Shown: piece after piece, positions 1-9,706 of the stretch | How the letters are laid out: every line of letters starts with the position of its first letter | Position numbering within the stretch: position 1 is the stretch's first letter | NCBI GenBank assembly: GCA_048571215.1 | Contig: CP182352.1 | Coordinates: 2,240,001-2,304,000, forward strand | Direction of reading: 5' to 3' | DNA: 64,000 nucleotides | Source of the DNA: Halarcobacter sp. | GTDB taxonomy: Bacteria > Campylobacterota > Campylobacteria > Campylobacterales > Arcobacteraceae | Program-made: the position numbers and the translations under genes | Notes under the pieces: generated by a model | Seen by the model: only the letters and a program-made list of their open reading frames with translations | Told to the model about the DNA's origin: nothing | The model's database searches: none

Positions 1-1
1 A

Positions 2-238
2 AACTTTATTTATAGATTCTTTGTTTATTGTTTTATTTGGATTACGGGATATTTATTAACTATGACAATTCTAGCAGGTGCTTTAAAAATGGGAGTACTT
101 TTATCAGCTATTATTGGAATGATTCTTCCTATTATAGTTATTAGAAAAGTAGAGTATATAAAAGAGAATCCATTTAAAAGTTTAGTTTTAACAGCTTTTC
201 TACTTTTTATATCAATGATTGCTTTTGATGTTAGGTAA
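2..238 (+). CDS. 3' part of a small hydrophobic membrane protein (truncated by window start)
   Basis: Open frame from base 2: NFIYRFFVYCFIWITGYLLTMTILAGALKMGVLLSAIIGMILPIIVIRK...FISMIAFDVR, stop TAA at 236-238. Confidence 0.6.
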   Translation, partial: NFIYRFFVYCFIWITGYLLTMTILAGALKMGVLLSAIIGMILPIIVIRKVEYIKENPFKSLVLTAFLLFISMIAFDVR

Positions 239-265
239 AAAAATATAAATTCTGAAATTTCTTTT

Positions 266-286
266 TAGGTATCACATAGGTATCAC
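266..286. repeat. Tandem 10-bp direct repeat TAGGTATCAC-A-TAGGTATCAC, candidate tyrosine-integrase arm-type site
   Basis: Exact repeat at 266-275 and 277-286, about 70 bp from the tRNA fragment; the arm-site role is inference. Confidence 0.5.
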
Positions 287-354
287 TTAAATTTCTAGCA
301 ATAAAAAAAGCCCGACATGAAAACTCCAAAGAGTCCATCATATCGAGCTTTAAA

Positions 355-402
355 TGGCACGCCTGGTAGGATTCGAACCCACAACCGCCGGGGCCGAAAC
401 CC
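355..402 (-). mobile_element. 3' half of tRNA-Arg(TCG), probable att site of an integrative element
   Basis: Minus strand GGG-TTTCGGC-CCCGG-CGGTT-GTGGG-TTCGAAT-CCTAC-CAGGCGT-G-CCA gives anticodon loop TCG, T-arm, acceptor 3' strand and CCA; no D-arm or 5' acceptor strand beyond 404. Confidence 0.8.
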
Positions 403-574
403 TGTGGGTGATTTTTTTGCTACTTTTTTTTCACAAAAAAAAGTCGGAATAAGTTAAGATGTACAGTAAAAGTTTATTTACACTCAAATATTATAAACAA
501 CAAATTATTATTCATTATAAATCAAGCAAATTTTCCACATAATATTCACAAATACCAAAACACTTGGAGAAAAA

Positions 575-735
575 ATGAAAAACTAGTCTTTATCCTTGCC
601 ATAAGCACTTTTAGAGGTTACATTTGCCATAAAACGTTCGGGTAAAAACTATGTACCAGAAGAAGATGAAGCCCCTACTATAAGAAATAAAAGCTCAGAT
701 TGTAAAAGTAAATCAAAAATAAATAGTTATTTTTA
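575..735 (+). pseudogene. Possible decayed secreted-protein gene remnant
   Basis: GGAGA RBS followed by ATG AAA AAC TAG; one extra A would give the signal-peptide-like MKKLVFILAISTF; further stops follow. Confidence 0.25.
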
Positions 736-885
736 AAAGATTAGCTTTTACTATTTGTAAACAAATTGTAAAAATTTCTACAAAATGATATTTACATTTT
801 TTTATTATAATTATATTCATAAAAAAAGTTTGATTTAATTATACTCCTCCTTGAAAAAAACTCTTTTTAAATTCGTTCTTCTTTT

Positions 886-2343
886 TTAAGAAGAACAACT
901 AAGTTGTAAATTTACATGCTCTACAGGTGTAGGTTTGGCATACCTTTCAAAATCTTTATGCTCATCAAATGGATTTTGTGCAATATTTAGTAAGTCATTT
1001 GTAAGTTCAAAATCACCATTTTCTGCTTTTTGTATAGCTTCTTGAAGCATATAGTTTTTTATTACAAATTTAGGATTTGCCTTTTTCATTTGTTTTTTTC
1101 TTTGTTCTTTAGTTCTATTTTCTTTTTCTACTACACTTTTATATTCATCAAACCATTTTTGTATAGGCTCTCTAAAAACACACATATCAAGTATTGAAGA
1201 GATATTATCAAGGTTTTCTAGTTTTGTTAGTTCATAAAAAAAGCAGTTGTAGTCAGATTTTGCTGATTCTAAGGCACCTAGTAGTTGTACTATTAAATCT
1301 AAATTTGAATCTTCACTTAGAGTTTCATCTAATCCTAATCTATTATTCATAATCTCTAAATATCTCTTTTGATGTAAGGATTCAAAACTCTTAAGATACT
1401 TCATAAGTTTACTAAAATCACAAATTTTTCCTAAGTTATAAGCCAAGACTTCTAAATTCCATTTTGCTATATGGGGTTGATTATTATAAGAGTATCTCCC
1501 TTCCACATCTGTATGATTGCAAATACAGTGTTTTTCAAAATAATCCATAAAAGCGTATGGTCCATAATCTATAGTTAAACCTGCCATACTCATATTGTCT
1601 GTATTCATAACTCCATGCATAAAACCATAAACCATCCATTGAGCCATCAAGGCTGCTGTTTTATCTACAAGTTCATAAAACATCTTTTCATATCTATTTT
1701 CTACTCCAATTAGATGTGGATATGACTCTTTTATAACATACTCAGCTAGATTTGTTAGGTTTTCATTTGCATTTTTACCGCGAGAAAAAAACTCAAAGGT
1801 TCCTATTCTAACCCAAGAGGGTGACATACGCATAACAATTGCACCCTTTTCTGATTTTCCATAATCTCTATAAACAGGATGAGAAGAACCAATGATTGCT
1901 AAGGCTCTTGTGGTAGGAATTCCTAAAGCATGCATATGTTCACTCATAATAAACTCTCTAATACTTGAACGCAATACAGCCCTACCATCCCCTTGCCTTG
2001 AATACCTAGTAAGACCTGAACCCTTTGTTTGTAAATGCCAACTATTTACTGCACCTAAATTTATTGCTCTTCCATCACCTAATTGTGGTACAAAATATCC
2101 AAACTGATGACCTGCATATCCCATAGCGTATGGAATAGAACCTTTTAAAACATGTTCACCATTTACAAATTCAAGAAATTTTTTTGTTTCACATTCACTA
2201 TAATCTAAGCCAATTAAATCACAGGCACTTTTACTATAAGCTATAAGATGGGGATTATTTAATGGTTGTGCATCAAGTTTTTGATAGAATTTATCTTCAA
2301 GTTCAAAATAATTTATATCTAGTTTTATATCTTCTAATTTCAT
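886..2343 (-). CDS. selO: Protein adenylyltransferase SelO/YdiU family
   Basis: Motifs YAGHQFG, QLGDGRA, KGSGLTRYSRQGDGRAVLRSSIREF, HGVMNTDN, IDYGPY; C-terminal LSCSS. Confidence 0.95.
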   Translation of the reverse strand: MKLEDIKLDINYFELEDKFYQKLDAQPLNNPHLIAYSKSACDLIGLDYSECETKKFLEFVNGEHVLKGSIPYAMGYAGHQFGYFVPQLGDGRAINLGAVNSWHLQTKGSGLTRYSRQGDGRAVLRSSIREFIMSEHMHALGIPTTRALAIIGSSHPVYRDYGKSEKGAIVMRMSPSWVRIGTFEFFSRGKNANENLTNLAEYVIKESYPHLIGVENRYEKMFYELVDKTAALMAQWMVYGFMHGVMNTDNMSMAGLTIDYGPYAFMDYFEKHCICNHTDVEGRYSYNNQPHIAKWNLEVLAYNLGKICDFSKLMKYLKSFESLHQKRYLEIMNNRLGLDETLSEDSNLDLIVQLLGALESAKSDYNCFFYELTKLENLDNISSILDMCVFREPIQKWFDEYKSVVEKENRTKEQRKKQMKKANPKFVIKNYMLQEAIQKAENGDFELTNDLLNIAQNPFDEHKDFERYAKPTPVEHVNLQLSCSS

Positions 2344-2504
2344 ATTTACTCTTTATGCAATTATCATGCCTATGGGGTTTTTCTAAGATTAGCTAAAAAA
2401 TATAAAACAACTCTTTATTAGAAAATCTAATAATAAAATTTACATCTTTTTAACTCTTATGAAAAATTAGTTATAATTGCCAAAAAATTAGACCTAGGAT
2501 TGAT

Positions 2505-3656
2505 ATGATTGAAAATATAGAAACAGCTTTATGCCATGCAACAAAATTTGCACCAAACCAAGATATATATGGTGCTTCACACTTTCCAATATACAACACT
2601 GGAACTTTTGATTTAAAAAAACAAGATGGCGATAAGATTTATGACTATACAAGAAGTGACAACCCTACAAGAGAAACTTTAGAAAACCTATTTACCCATG
2701 CAGAAAATGGTGCTGGATGTGTATGTACCCATACTGGAATTGCTTCTGTTGCCTTACTTTTTGAGACTGTATTAAAAGCAAACTCAGAAATTTTGGTTGA
2801 AGCTGATTGTTATGGAGGAACCTTTAGACTTCTAAAAGTATTTCAAGATAAATACAATATTAAAGTACATTTTGCAAACTTTTTAGAATTTAATAAACTT
2901 GAAGAGGTTTTAAAAAACAATCCTATAGATTTAGTACTTTGTGAGTCACCAACAAATCCAGGACTAAAAATAATTGACTTAGAAAATGTAGCAAATTTAG
3001 CACATAATTATAATTCACTCTTTGCAGTAGATAACTCACTTGCAACTTTTATTTCACAAAAACCCTTAGATTTAGGTGCTGATTTTTCATTATTTTCAAC
3101 AACTAAATATGTATCAGGTCATGGAGCTGTAGTTGCTGGTGCCATTGTTGCAAAAACAAAAGAGTTAGCCGATGATATCCACTACTATGCAAATGCCCAT
3201 GGTAGAAGTCAAAACCCTATGGATGTATATCTAATAAGTTTAGGATTGCCTACTTTAAATATTAGAATGAAAGCCCACTTTGAAACTGCTTTAGAGATAG
3301 TTGAGTTTTTAAAAGAGCAAGAGTATGTAAAAAAAGTGACTTTCCCAGCACTAAAAACTCACCCTCAATATGAACTAGCAAAAAAACAAATGAAGTATAT
3401 CCCTGCTGTTTTTTGTGTAGATTTTACTAGTGTAGAACTAGCAGAACAATTCATAGAAAAAACAAAAATCTTTACAGAAAAATGTTCATTTGGAAGTCCT
3501 GATTCAAGAGTTGAAATCCCTGCAAAAATCTCCCATGCCTCTTTTTCAAAAGAGGAGCTTGCTGCTATTGGGATTTCGGATACGACTGTTAGATTTTCGA
3601 TTGGTTTAGAAAATGCACAAGATTTAATAAAAGATATAAAACAAGCTGTAAAGTAG
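2505..3656 (+). CDS. Cys/Met metabolism PLP-dependent enzyme (cystathionine gamma-synthase / beta-lyase family)
   Basis: YDYTRSDNPTR, CYGGT, ESPTNP, STTKYVSGH (PLP lysine), VRFSIGLE. Confidence 0.9.
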   Translation: MIENIETALCHATKFAPNQDIYGASHFPIYNTGTFDLKKQDGDKIYDYTRSDNPTRETLENLFTHAENGAGCVCTHTGIASVALLFETVLKANSEILVEADCYGGTFRLLKVFQDKYNIKVHFANFLEFNKLEEVLKNNPIDLVLCESPTNPGLKIIDLENVANLAHNYNSLFAVDNSLATFISQKPLDLGADFSLFSTTKYVSGHGAVVAGAIVAKTKELADDIHYYANAHGRSQNPMDVYLISLGLPTLNIRMKAHFETALEIVEFLKEQEYVKKVTFPALKTHPQYELAKKQMKYIPAVFCVDFTSVELAEQFIEKTKIFTEKCSFGSPDSRVEIPAKISHASFSKEELAAIGISDTTVRFSIGLENAQDLIKDIKQAVK

Positions 3657-3659
3657 TAG

Positions 3660-5153
3660 ATGAAAGATAGTTTTTTTAAACCAATACCTTGTGGAGAAAC
3701 TTTACCACCAAATAATGTACATGCGGTGTCTGTATCTATGCCAACAATACAAGATGTGATAGATTATGAAGAAAATCCAACAGCATGTGAAAAGATAAAA
3801 AGTGGTTATCCAAGATTTGTATTACATCCATATTTAAAAATATTAGCAAACTATATAAAAGACAAATATAAAATATCTGATAAATATGAAGTAGTAGTAT
3901 TAAGTTCACAAAAAGCAGTTAAACTAATAAGTGATAAATACTATATTCACAATAAAATTGAAATAGATGAACCTTTTGGAGTTATTTTAGTTCAAAAAGG
4001 AACATCTCAACTTCAAAAAGTATTAAGTTATATTCAACATGTTGGATGCAATCTCTCTTCAAGATTTGCAGAAGAGTATTTATATAAATTTGGCTTAATA
4101 GATAAGTTACACAAAGAAAAATTAGAAGATAAAACAAAAGCAAAAGATATTATTTTAAACACTTTAGCAAAAGCGTATAATCAGCCTAAAGAAAACATAT
4201 GTTTGGCACCCTCAGGAATGAATGCGATTTATTCTGTTATAAGAGGACTAAACTCTATACAAAGCCACAATGGAAGAGATATATTAGTTCAATTTGGTTG
4301 GTTATATCTTGATACTATGAATATAGTAAACCATCATTTTAATAGACAAAAAATATTTTCAGATATTTTAAATCTAGATTTACTAGAAAAATATTTAGAA
4401 AAAAATGGTTTAAAAGTTACTGCAATCATAACAGAGATACCAACTAATCCCCAACTAAAAACTTTGGATATACAAAGACTAAGAAAATTGTGTGATAAGT
4501 ATAATATTCCACTTGTAATAGATACAACTTTTTCTACCCCATATAATCTAAACCTAGAAAATTATGCTGATATTTTTGTTGAATCTTTGACAAAATTTGC
4601 TTGTGGAAATGCAGATGTATTAATGGGTGCTATTATTTTAAATAAAAAACATAATTTATCCCATATGAATAAAGAATTTTTCAAACATTGTGATCCTGTT
4701 TATATAAAAGATATTCAAAGATTAGCTTACGAAATTAAAGATTATGAAGAAAGAGTAAAAAAAGTATCAAAAAATACAAAAAAATTAATAGAGTATTTAA
4801 CTAATTGTTCTTATATAGACAAGATTTATCACTGCATGAGTGAAGAAAACAAAATAAACTATAAGAAAATAGTAAAGGATAAAAACTCTTATACAGGTAT
4901 CATCTCAGTAACCTTCAAAAAACCTATAAAAGAGGTTTATGATAAGTTAAATTTTGCAAAAGGACCTAGTTTGGGAACTGAATTTACTCTTCTTATGCCT
5001 TATACCTATTTAGCACATTATGATTTAATCACCTCAAAAGGGGGAAATGATTTTTTAGAAAAAATAGATCTTCCTATTGAGCTAGTTAGAATTTCAGTTG
5101 GAACTGAACCTATATTAGAAATTATAAAAGAGTTTGAAAAGTTAGAGAAATAA
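3660..5153 (+). CDS. PLP-dependent transferase, long-form cystathionine gamma-synthase-like
   Basis: HAVSVSMP, GYPRF, SGMNAI, EIPTNP, ESLTKF, KGPSLGT, VRISVG; starts 3 bp after the previous gene. Confidence 0.85.
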   Translation: MKDSFFKPIPCGETLPPNNVHAVSVSMPTIQDVIDYEENPTACEKIKSGYPRFVLHPYLKILANYIKDKYKISDKYEVVVLSSQKAVKLISDKYYIHNKIEIDEPFGVILVQKGTSQLQKVLSYIQHVGCNLSSRFAEEYLYKFGLIDKLHKEKLEDKTKAKDIILNTLAKAYNQPKENICLAPSGMNAIYSVIRGLNSIQSHNGRDILVQFGWLYLDTMNIVNHHFNRQKIFSDILNLDLLEKYLEKNGLKVTAIITEIPTNPQLKTLDIQRLRKLCDKYNIPLVIDTTFSTPYNLNLENYADIFVESLTKFACGNADVLMGAIILNKKHNLSHMNKEFFKHCDPVYIKDIQRLAYEIKDYEERVKKVSKNTKKLIEYLTNCSYIDKIYHCMSEENKINYKKIVKDKNSYTGIISVTFKKPIKEVYDKLNFAKGPSLGTEFTLLMPYTYLAHYDLITSKGGNDFLEKIDLPIELVRISVGTEPILEIIKEFEKLEK

Positions 5154-5154
5154 C

Positions 5155-5496
5155 CTATAACTTTAAAACTCCATTTACCCTTGCTGCACTATCTTTTTTT
5201 GATAAGGTAAGTCTAACGATAGAATCTTCTATCGCCTTTAAATTATGTAAAATACTAGCTTCTAAAGATACAATATCACCTTTGATTAGATTATAAGTGT
5301 TATTACCAAGCCCAAAATCTATTTTGCCATCAACTATCTCAACTGTAATTGGATAATTTGTTTTATGGTCTTTCATGATTTGTTCTTTTTTAAATACAAT
5401 TCTAATCTCTTTTGCAAAATCACTCTCAAGCATAGGGGTGATTTGTACTTTCTCTTCACTATAAACTAAATTCTCATAAATATTAACTTTTTTCAT
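5155..5496 (-). CDS. Cupin-domain protein
   Basis: MKDHK...ITVEIVDGKIDF...GD...HNLKA cupin pattern; start moved to the ATG at 5496, which follows a GGAG RBS. Confidence 0.8.
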   Translation of the reverse strand: MKKVNIYENLVYSEEKVQITPMLESDFAKEIRIVFKKEQIMKDHKTNYPITVEIVDGKIDFGLGNNTYNLIKGDIVSLEASILHNLKAIEDSIVRLTLSKKDSAARVNGVLKL

Positions 5497-5544
5497 TTTA
5501 AACTCCATTTTTAGGTAGTTTAACAAAAAAGGGTTCTCAAAGAA

Positions 5545-5558
5545 TTGATACTAGTCAA
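5545..5558. promoter_or_regulatory. Crp/Fnr-family box TTGAT-ACTA-GTCAA upstream of the cupin gene
   Basis: One mismatch from TTGAT-N4-ATCAA, flanked by AA/TT; about 30 bp upstream of a TAAACT -10-like hexamer on the minus strand. Confidence 0.55.
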
Positions 5559-5563
5559 TTTTA

Positions 5564-6991
5564 TTAAATATATTGGGCATTAAAATACAATAAAACTCCA
5601 AGTATTAACATCACAATTGGGGCTAAGTACTCTATAAAATCTATAAAGTTTTGTGATCTATTTGAAACTTTATTTACACTAACCCCTAGAAATGATGATA
5701 AAAATATTATAACTCCCATTCCTAAACTTATAAAAATAGAAGCTAAGATTACTGCAAAATATGTTTTTAAAATAAAAGCATAAATAAATAAAACTACCGT
5801 ACCAGGACAAGGTATTAAACCAGCTGTTAAAACAAAATATAAATCTTTTTTCATAAAATTTGGTTTTAGATTTGTCATTGTCTTTGGTTGTTTTACACTC
5901 CAAGTTGGGTTTACATTTGCTGATGTTGAACAACAAGAACTACAAGAACACTCATTGTGCTTAAACTTATTAAATAATATATATAAAGCTAAAAAAACTA
6001 TTAAAATAGATGATATTTTAGTAAGTATCTCAACGGAATCATTAATAAAGTTATTTAGAACTGATTGTAAAATAAATACTGATATCACAACTAATATTAA
6101 AGCACCCAAGATATGAATAAAAGCTGTTAATTGTGAAATAAAAAAAGCTTTTAGATAAGAACTTTTATTTGATGAAAAATAGGCAAATGCAAGTGACTTA
6201 CCATGTCCTGGTCCTAAAGCATGGATTATCCCATAAATAAATGAAACAAAAAGGAGAGTAAATAAAGCAATAGTATCACCTTGTTTTATCTTTAATAGAT
6301 AGTGTTTAACCTTTTTTGTAAATTTAGACAATAGGGTTTCAGTTTGTTTTTTTTCAATATTATTTTGTTTTAAAGGTACTACTTCTTTATTACTAAGTTC
6401 TTTTTCTTTGAAAGTGGGAGTTATAAAAAATGCAACATCTTGTCTTTTTAATACTTTTTTATAATCAAAATCAGCATTTAATTTTATGCTATTTTTTGCT
6501 AATACTAAGACAAAATAGTTTTCATCATCATTTATCTTTATATATAAGATGTTATCTTCTATAACTTTATAATCTAAATTTATAAAATATTCAAAATGAA
6601 GTAAAGAGTTTTTTATATAAACTTTATATTTTTTTATCTTTATTGGTTCTGATTTATCTTTGTTAATAATCTTATCGTATGAGATATGGGTTAAAAAGTT
6701 TTTAGGTTTAATATAATCCAAAAGTGATTGTTCTATAGGTTTCAATTCACTTTTATCTAAATAGTTATTTTGATTTCTATCATATATTTGTTTTAATTGG
6801 TCTGTAAACTCTTTTGTCAAAACCCAAGTGATTTTGGCATCATCTATTTTATCTTTTGTAGCATTTATCTTTATTGCTACTTGAGTTAAAGGAGAGTATA
6901 CAGTACAAAGTGCACACCCAAAAAGGGTGTGTGTAAAAAGTACTAAAATAAATAGATATTTACTTATATGTTTTTGCAATTTCATTTGCAA
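5564..6991 (-). CDS. DUF1007-like periplasmic domain fused to an RcnA/NiCoT-family metal permease (ZevA-ZevB-like)
   Basis: Signal peptide followed by CALC; C-terminal YGIIHALGPGHGK and GLIPCPGT permease motifs; Cys-rich loop HNECSCSSCC; exact start uncertain because it overlaps the upstream gene. Confidence 0.8.
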   Translation of the reverse strand: MQMKLQKHISKYLFILVLFTHTLFGCALCTVYSPLTQVAIKINATKDKIDDAKITWVLTKEFTDQLKQIYDRNQNNYLDKSELKPIEQSLLDYIKPKNFLTHISYDKIINKDKSEPIKIKKYKVYIKNSLLHFEYFINLDYKVIEDNILYIKINDDENYFVLVLAKNSIKLNADFDYKKVLKRQDVAFFITPTFKEKELSNKEVVPLKQNNIEKKQTETLLSKFTKKVKHYLLKIKQGDTIALFTLLFVSFIYGIIHALGPGHGKSLAFAYFSSNKSSYLKAFFISQLTAFIHILGALILVVISVFILQSVLNNFINDSVEILTKISSILIVFLALYILFNKFKHNECSCSSCCSTSANVNPTWSVKQPKTMTNLKPNFMKKDLYFVLTAGLIPCPGTVVLFIYAFILKTYFAVILASIFISLGMGVIIFLSSFLGVSVNKVSNRSQNFIDFIEYLAPIVMLILGVLLYFNAQYI

Positions 6992-7865
6992 CTTTTAATA
7001 AATTTTGATTCCAATTATATGCTAAAGGGTCGATTTTAGATACTGTTCCATTGATACTTTTTGAGATTGTTTTTGCACCTTTTTGTGAAAATTGAGGTGA
7101 AACAAAAACTATTTTGATGCCATGCTCTTTTGCTTTTTTTACCAACTCTACTAGCTGGGCAGGTTTTGGTTCTTTTCCTTCAACTTCTATAGCTATTTGT
7201 TCAAGATCATATCTATTTGAAAAATATCCCCATGATGGATGAAATACCATAAATGGTCTATCTTTATATGGACTTAATATTTTTTTTAACTTTTTATCTA
7301 AATTATCAATCTCTTCTAAAAATTTATTATAATTTTTCTCATAAAAAGCTTTATTTTTAATATCTATTTTTACTAAAGCATCAAGAATATTTTTTGCTTG
7401 AATTTTAACTAAAATGGGATCTAACCAAACATGTGGATCTAAGCCTGAGTGTTCATGTTCATCATGGTCTTCATGCTCATCATGGTGTTCATGTTCATCA
7501 TGATGTTCTGCATCATCCATATTTTCTTCATGATGTGTATGTTTTGCTATTGCTTGCTTTTTAATACCATCTGCTGTATCAATTATTAACATATTTTTAT
7601 TTGCACTTTTAAATCTATCTAACCAAACATTTTCAAAAGGTACATCTATTGAAAAATAGATCTCTGATTTGGACAAAAGTCTCATCTGAGAAGTTTTAGG
7701 TTCATAAGTTGCAGGACTTGCTCCTGGTTTTACCATTACATTTATTGTAACTTTATCTTTTGCAATTTTTTCTACAAAATATTTTTGTGGTAATATAGAG
7801 ACAGTAACCTCTTTTGCATATATTATTGAAGTAAATACTAAAAATAGTATATATAGCTTTTTCAT
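6960..7865 (-). CDS. znuA: Zn/Mn ABC-type substrate-binding protein
   Basis: PGASPATYEP, His/Glu-rich loop, DPHVWLDP, FMVFHPSWGYF, EGKEP. Confidence 0.9.
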   Translation of the reverse strand: MKKLYILFLVFTSIIYAKEVTVSILPQKYFVEKIAKDKVTINVMVKPGASPATYEPKTSQMRLLSKSEIYFSIDVPFENVWLDRFKSANKNMLIIDTADGIKKQAIAKHTHHEENMDDAEHHDEHEHHDEHEDHDEHEHSGLDPHVWLDPILVKIQAKNILDALVKIDIKNKAFYEKNYNKFLEEIDNLDKKLKKILSPYKDRPFMVFHPSWGYFSNRYDLEQIAIEVEGKEPKPAQLVELVKKAKEHGIKIVFVSPQFSQKGAKTISKSINGTVSKIDPLAYNWNQNLLKVANEIAKTYK

Positions 7866-7889
7866 TATTATAACCCTTTTATAATTTCT

Positions 7890-7947
7890 GCAATTGAGTT
7901 GCGTTTTGGAATTCTAATAAAGAATCACTTTAATGCAACTGAATTGC
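7890..7947. promoter_or_regulatory. Two GCAA-N5-TTGC palindromes, candidate Zur operators
   Basis: GCAATTGAGTTGC at 7890-7902 and GCAACTGAATTGC at 7935-7947, between the divergent znuA and Fur-family genes. Confidence 0.6.
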
Positions 7948-8001
7948 TTTTGTATTATTTTTATTAAATCTATTTTTAAATTTTTAAGGTTATAATATAA
8001 T

Positions 8002-8361
8002 ATGAATTTAAATAATTTACCAACAAAATTTAAACTAACCACTGCTAGAAAAGAGATTCTAGAGATTTTTATTAAAGCTAATAAGCCATTAAGTTATGAA
8101 GATATAAAAGATAAACTTAATATGGATAAAGCTACTTTTTATAGAAATATTATTAAGTTTGAAAATGAAGATATCATAAACTCATTTGAATCAAATGACA
8201 AAAAAAGATATTTTGAGATTTTAAATAAACAACACTCACACTTCATATGTACTGTCTGCTCAAAAATAGAGTGTATACATGAGAAGCTTGATATTGATAT
8301 TAAAGGTCATCAAATAGATAATATTATTATAAAGGGTATCTGCCCTAATTGTTTAAAATAA
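8002..8361 (+). CDS. Fur-family regulator, probably Zur
   Basis: DKATFYRN helix, HSHFICTVC and C-terminal CPNC; divergent from znuA. Confidence 0.85.
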   Translation: MNLNNLPTKFKLTTARKEILEIFIKANKPLSYEDIKDKLNMDKATFYRNIIKFENEDIINSFESNDKKRYFEILNKQHSHFICTVCSKIECIHEKLDIDIKGHQIDNIIIKGICPNCLK

Positions 8362-8370
8362 AGGAAAAAA

Positions 8371-9654
8371 ATGATAGTAGATAAATTGATAACTTTAAAT
8401 AGGTTTATCAATAAAGAAGCTCTAAGTGGTATTTTACTTTTTTTAGCAACTGTTGCTGCTGTAATAGTTGCAAATTCAAGTTTAGGGCAAGCATACTATG
8501 ACCTGTGGCATCTACCACTTGGTATAAATATTGGTGAAATATCAATCTCAATGACTTTAACATATTGGATTGATGATGCTTTAATGGCACTATTTTTCTT
8601 AATGGTTGGATTAGAGATAAAAAGAGAGATGCTAATAGGTGAGCTTTCATCTGTTGCAAAAGCCTCTTTCCCAATTATAGCTGCAATTGGGGGTATGGCT
8701 ATACCTGCATTAATTTATGTAGGCTTAAACCCATCTAATCCTCTTGGATTTGGTATACCTATGGCTACAGATATAGCTTTTGCTTTAGGTATCTTGATGC
8801 TTTTAGGTACAAGAGTTAACCCTGCACTAAAACTATTTTTAGTTGCCCTTGCTGTTGTTGATGACTTAGGGGCTGTATTAGTTGTAGCCACTGTTTATAC
8901 AAGTGAAATACATAGTGAATATTTTTTACATGCAGGAGTTATTTATGCTTTAATTTGGGCACTAAACTTTAAAGGTGTTACTAAATTAGCCCCTTATTTA
9001 GTATTAGGGATATTCTTATGGATATATATTCATGCTATTGGAATACATGCTACTGTTGCAGGTGTATTATTAGCATTTGCAATACCAATTAAATCAAAAA
9101 TCAATGAGAAAGAATTTATTGAAAACTCAAGGGAAGATATAGATGCCTTTGAAAAACATATAGACAAATCAGAAATTTTAAACCATCATCAAATAGATAA
9201 CTTGGAAAATATAGCTTATAACTACGATAAGGTACAAAATCCCTTAGTAAGGTTAGAACACAACCTACATGGAATATCTGCATTTTTTATTATGCCTTTA
9301 TTTGCCTTTTCAAATGCAGGAGTTTTAATTGACTTTTCAACAGTAAGTGCAAACCTAATGGTAGTTCTAGGTGTAGTATTTGGTTTACTACTAGGAAAAC
9401 CAATAGGTATTTTAGGTTTTACTTATTTAGCAACTAAATTTAAAATAGTAAAAAAACCTGATAATATCTCTTGGAGTGAAATCTTAGCAGTTGGTTTTTT
9501 AGGTGGAATAGGTTTTACAATGTCAATATTTATTACCCACTTAGCATTTATAGATGAAAATTTAATTAGTGCAGTAAAACTTGGAGTTTTTGCAGCTTCC
9601 TTTATAGCAGCGATTATTGGAGTTATTTTAATCCTTAGATTAAAAAAGAATTAA
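8371..9654 (+). CDS. nhaA: Na+/H+ antiporter NhaA
   Basis: WIDDALMALFF, GLEIKRE, PMATDIAFA, LAVVDDLG, GIGFTMSIF. Confidence 0.95.
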   Translation: MIVDKLITLNRFINKEALSGILLFLATVAAVIVANSSLGQAYYDLWHLPLGINIGEISISMTLTYWIDDALMALFFLMVGLEIKREMLIGELSSVAKASFPIIAAIGGMAIPALIYVGLNPSNPLGFGIPMATDIAFALGILMLLGTRVNPALKLFLVALAVVDDLGAVLVVATVYTSEIHSEYFLHAGVIYALIWALNFKGVTKLAPYLVLGIFLWIYIHAIGIHATVAGVLLAFAIPIKSKINEKEFIENSREDIDAFEKHIDKSEILNHHQIDNLENIAYNYDKVQNPLVRLEHNLHGISAFFIMPLFAFSNAGVLIDFSTVSANLMVVLGVVFGLLLGKPIGILGFTYLATKFKIVKKPDNISWSEILAVGFLGGIGFTMSIFITHLAFIDENLISAVKLGVFAASFIAAIIGVILILRLKKN

Positions 9655-9706
9655 CATTAATTTAACACACAAACTTTATAATTACTGAAAAAAAGGAATT
9701 AATTAT

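Noticed and set aside
886..900. Selenocysteine recoding at the SelO C-terminus
   Set aside because: The gene ends CSS followed by TAA, with no in-frame TGA
2356..2371. Sigma-54-like AGGCATGATAATTGCA (GG-N10-GC) upstream of selO
   Set aside because: The match is good, but it would place the TSS only about 2 nt before the ATG, and the presence of rpoN cannot be seen here; left unresolved
7450..7512. Short tandem repeats inside znuA
   Set aside because: They encode the ordinary His/Glu-rich loop of ZnuA
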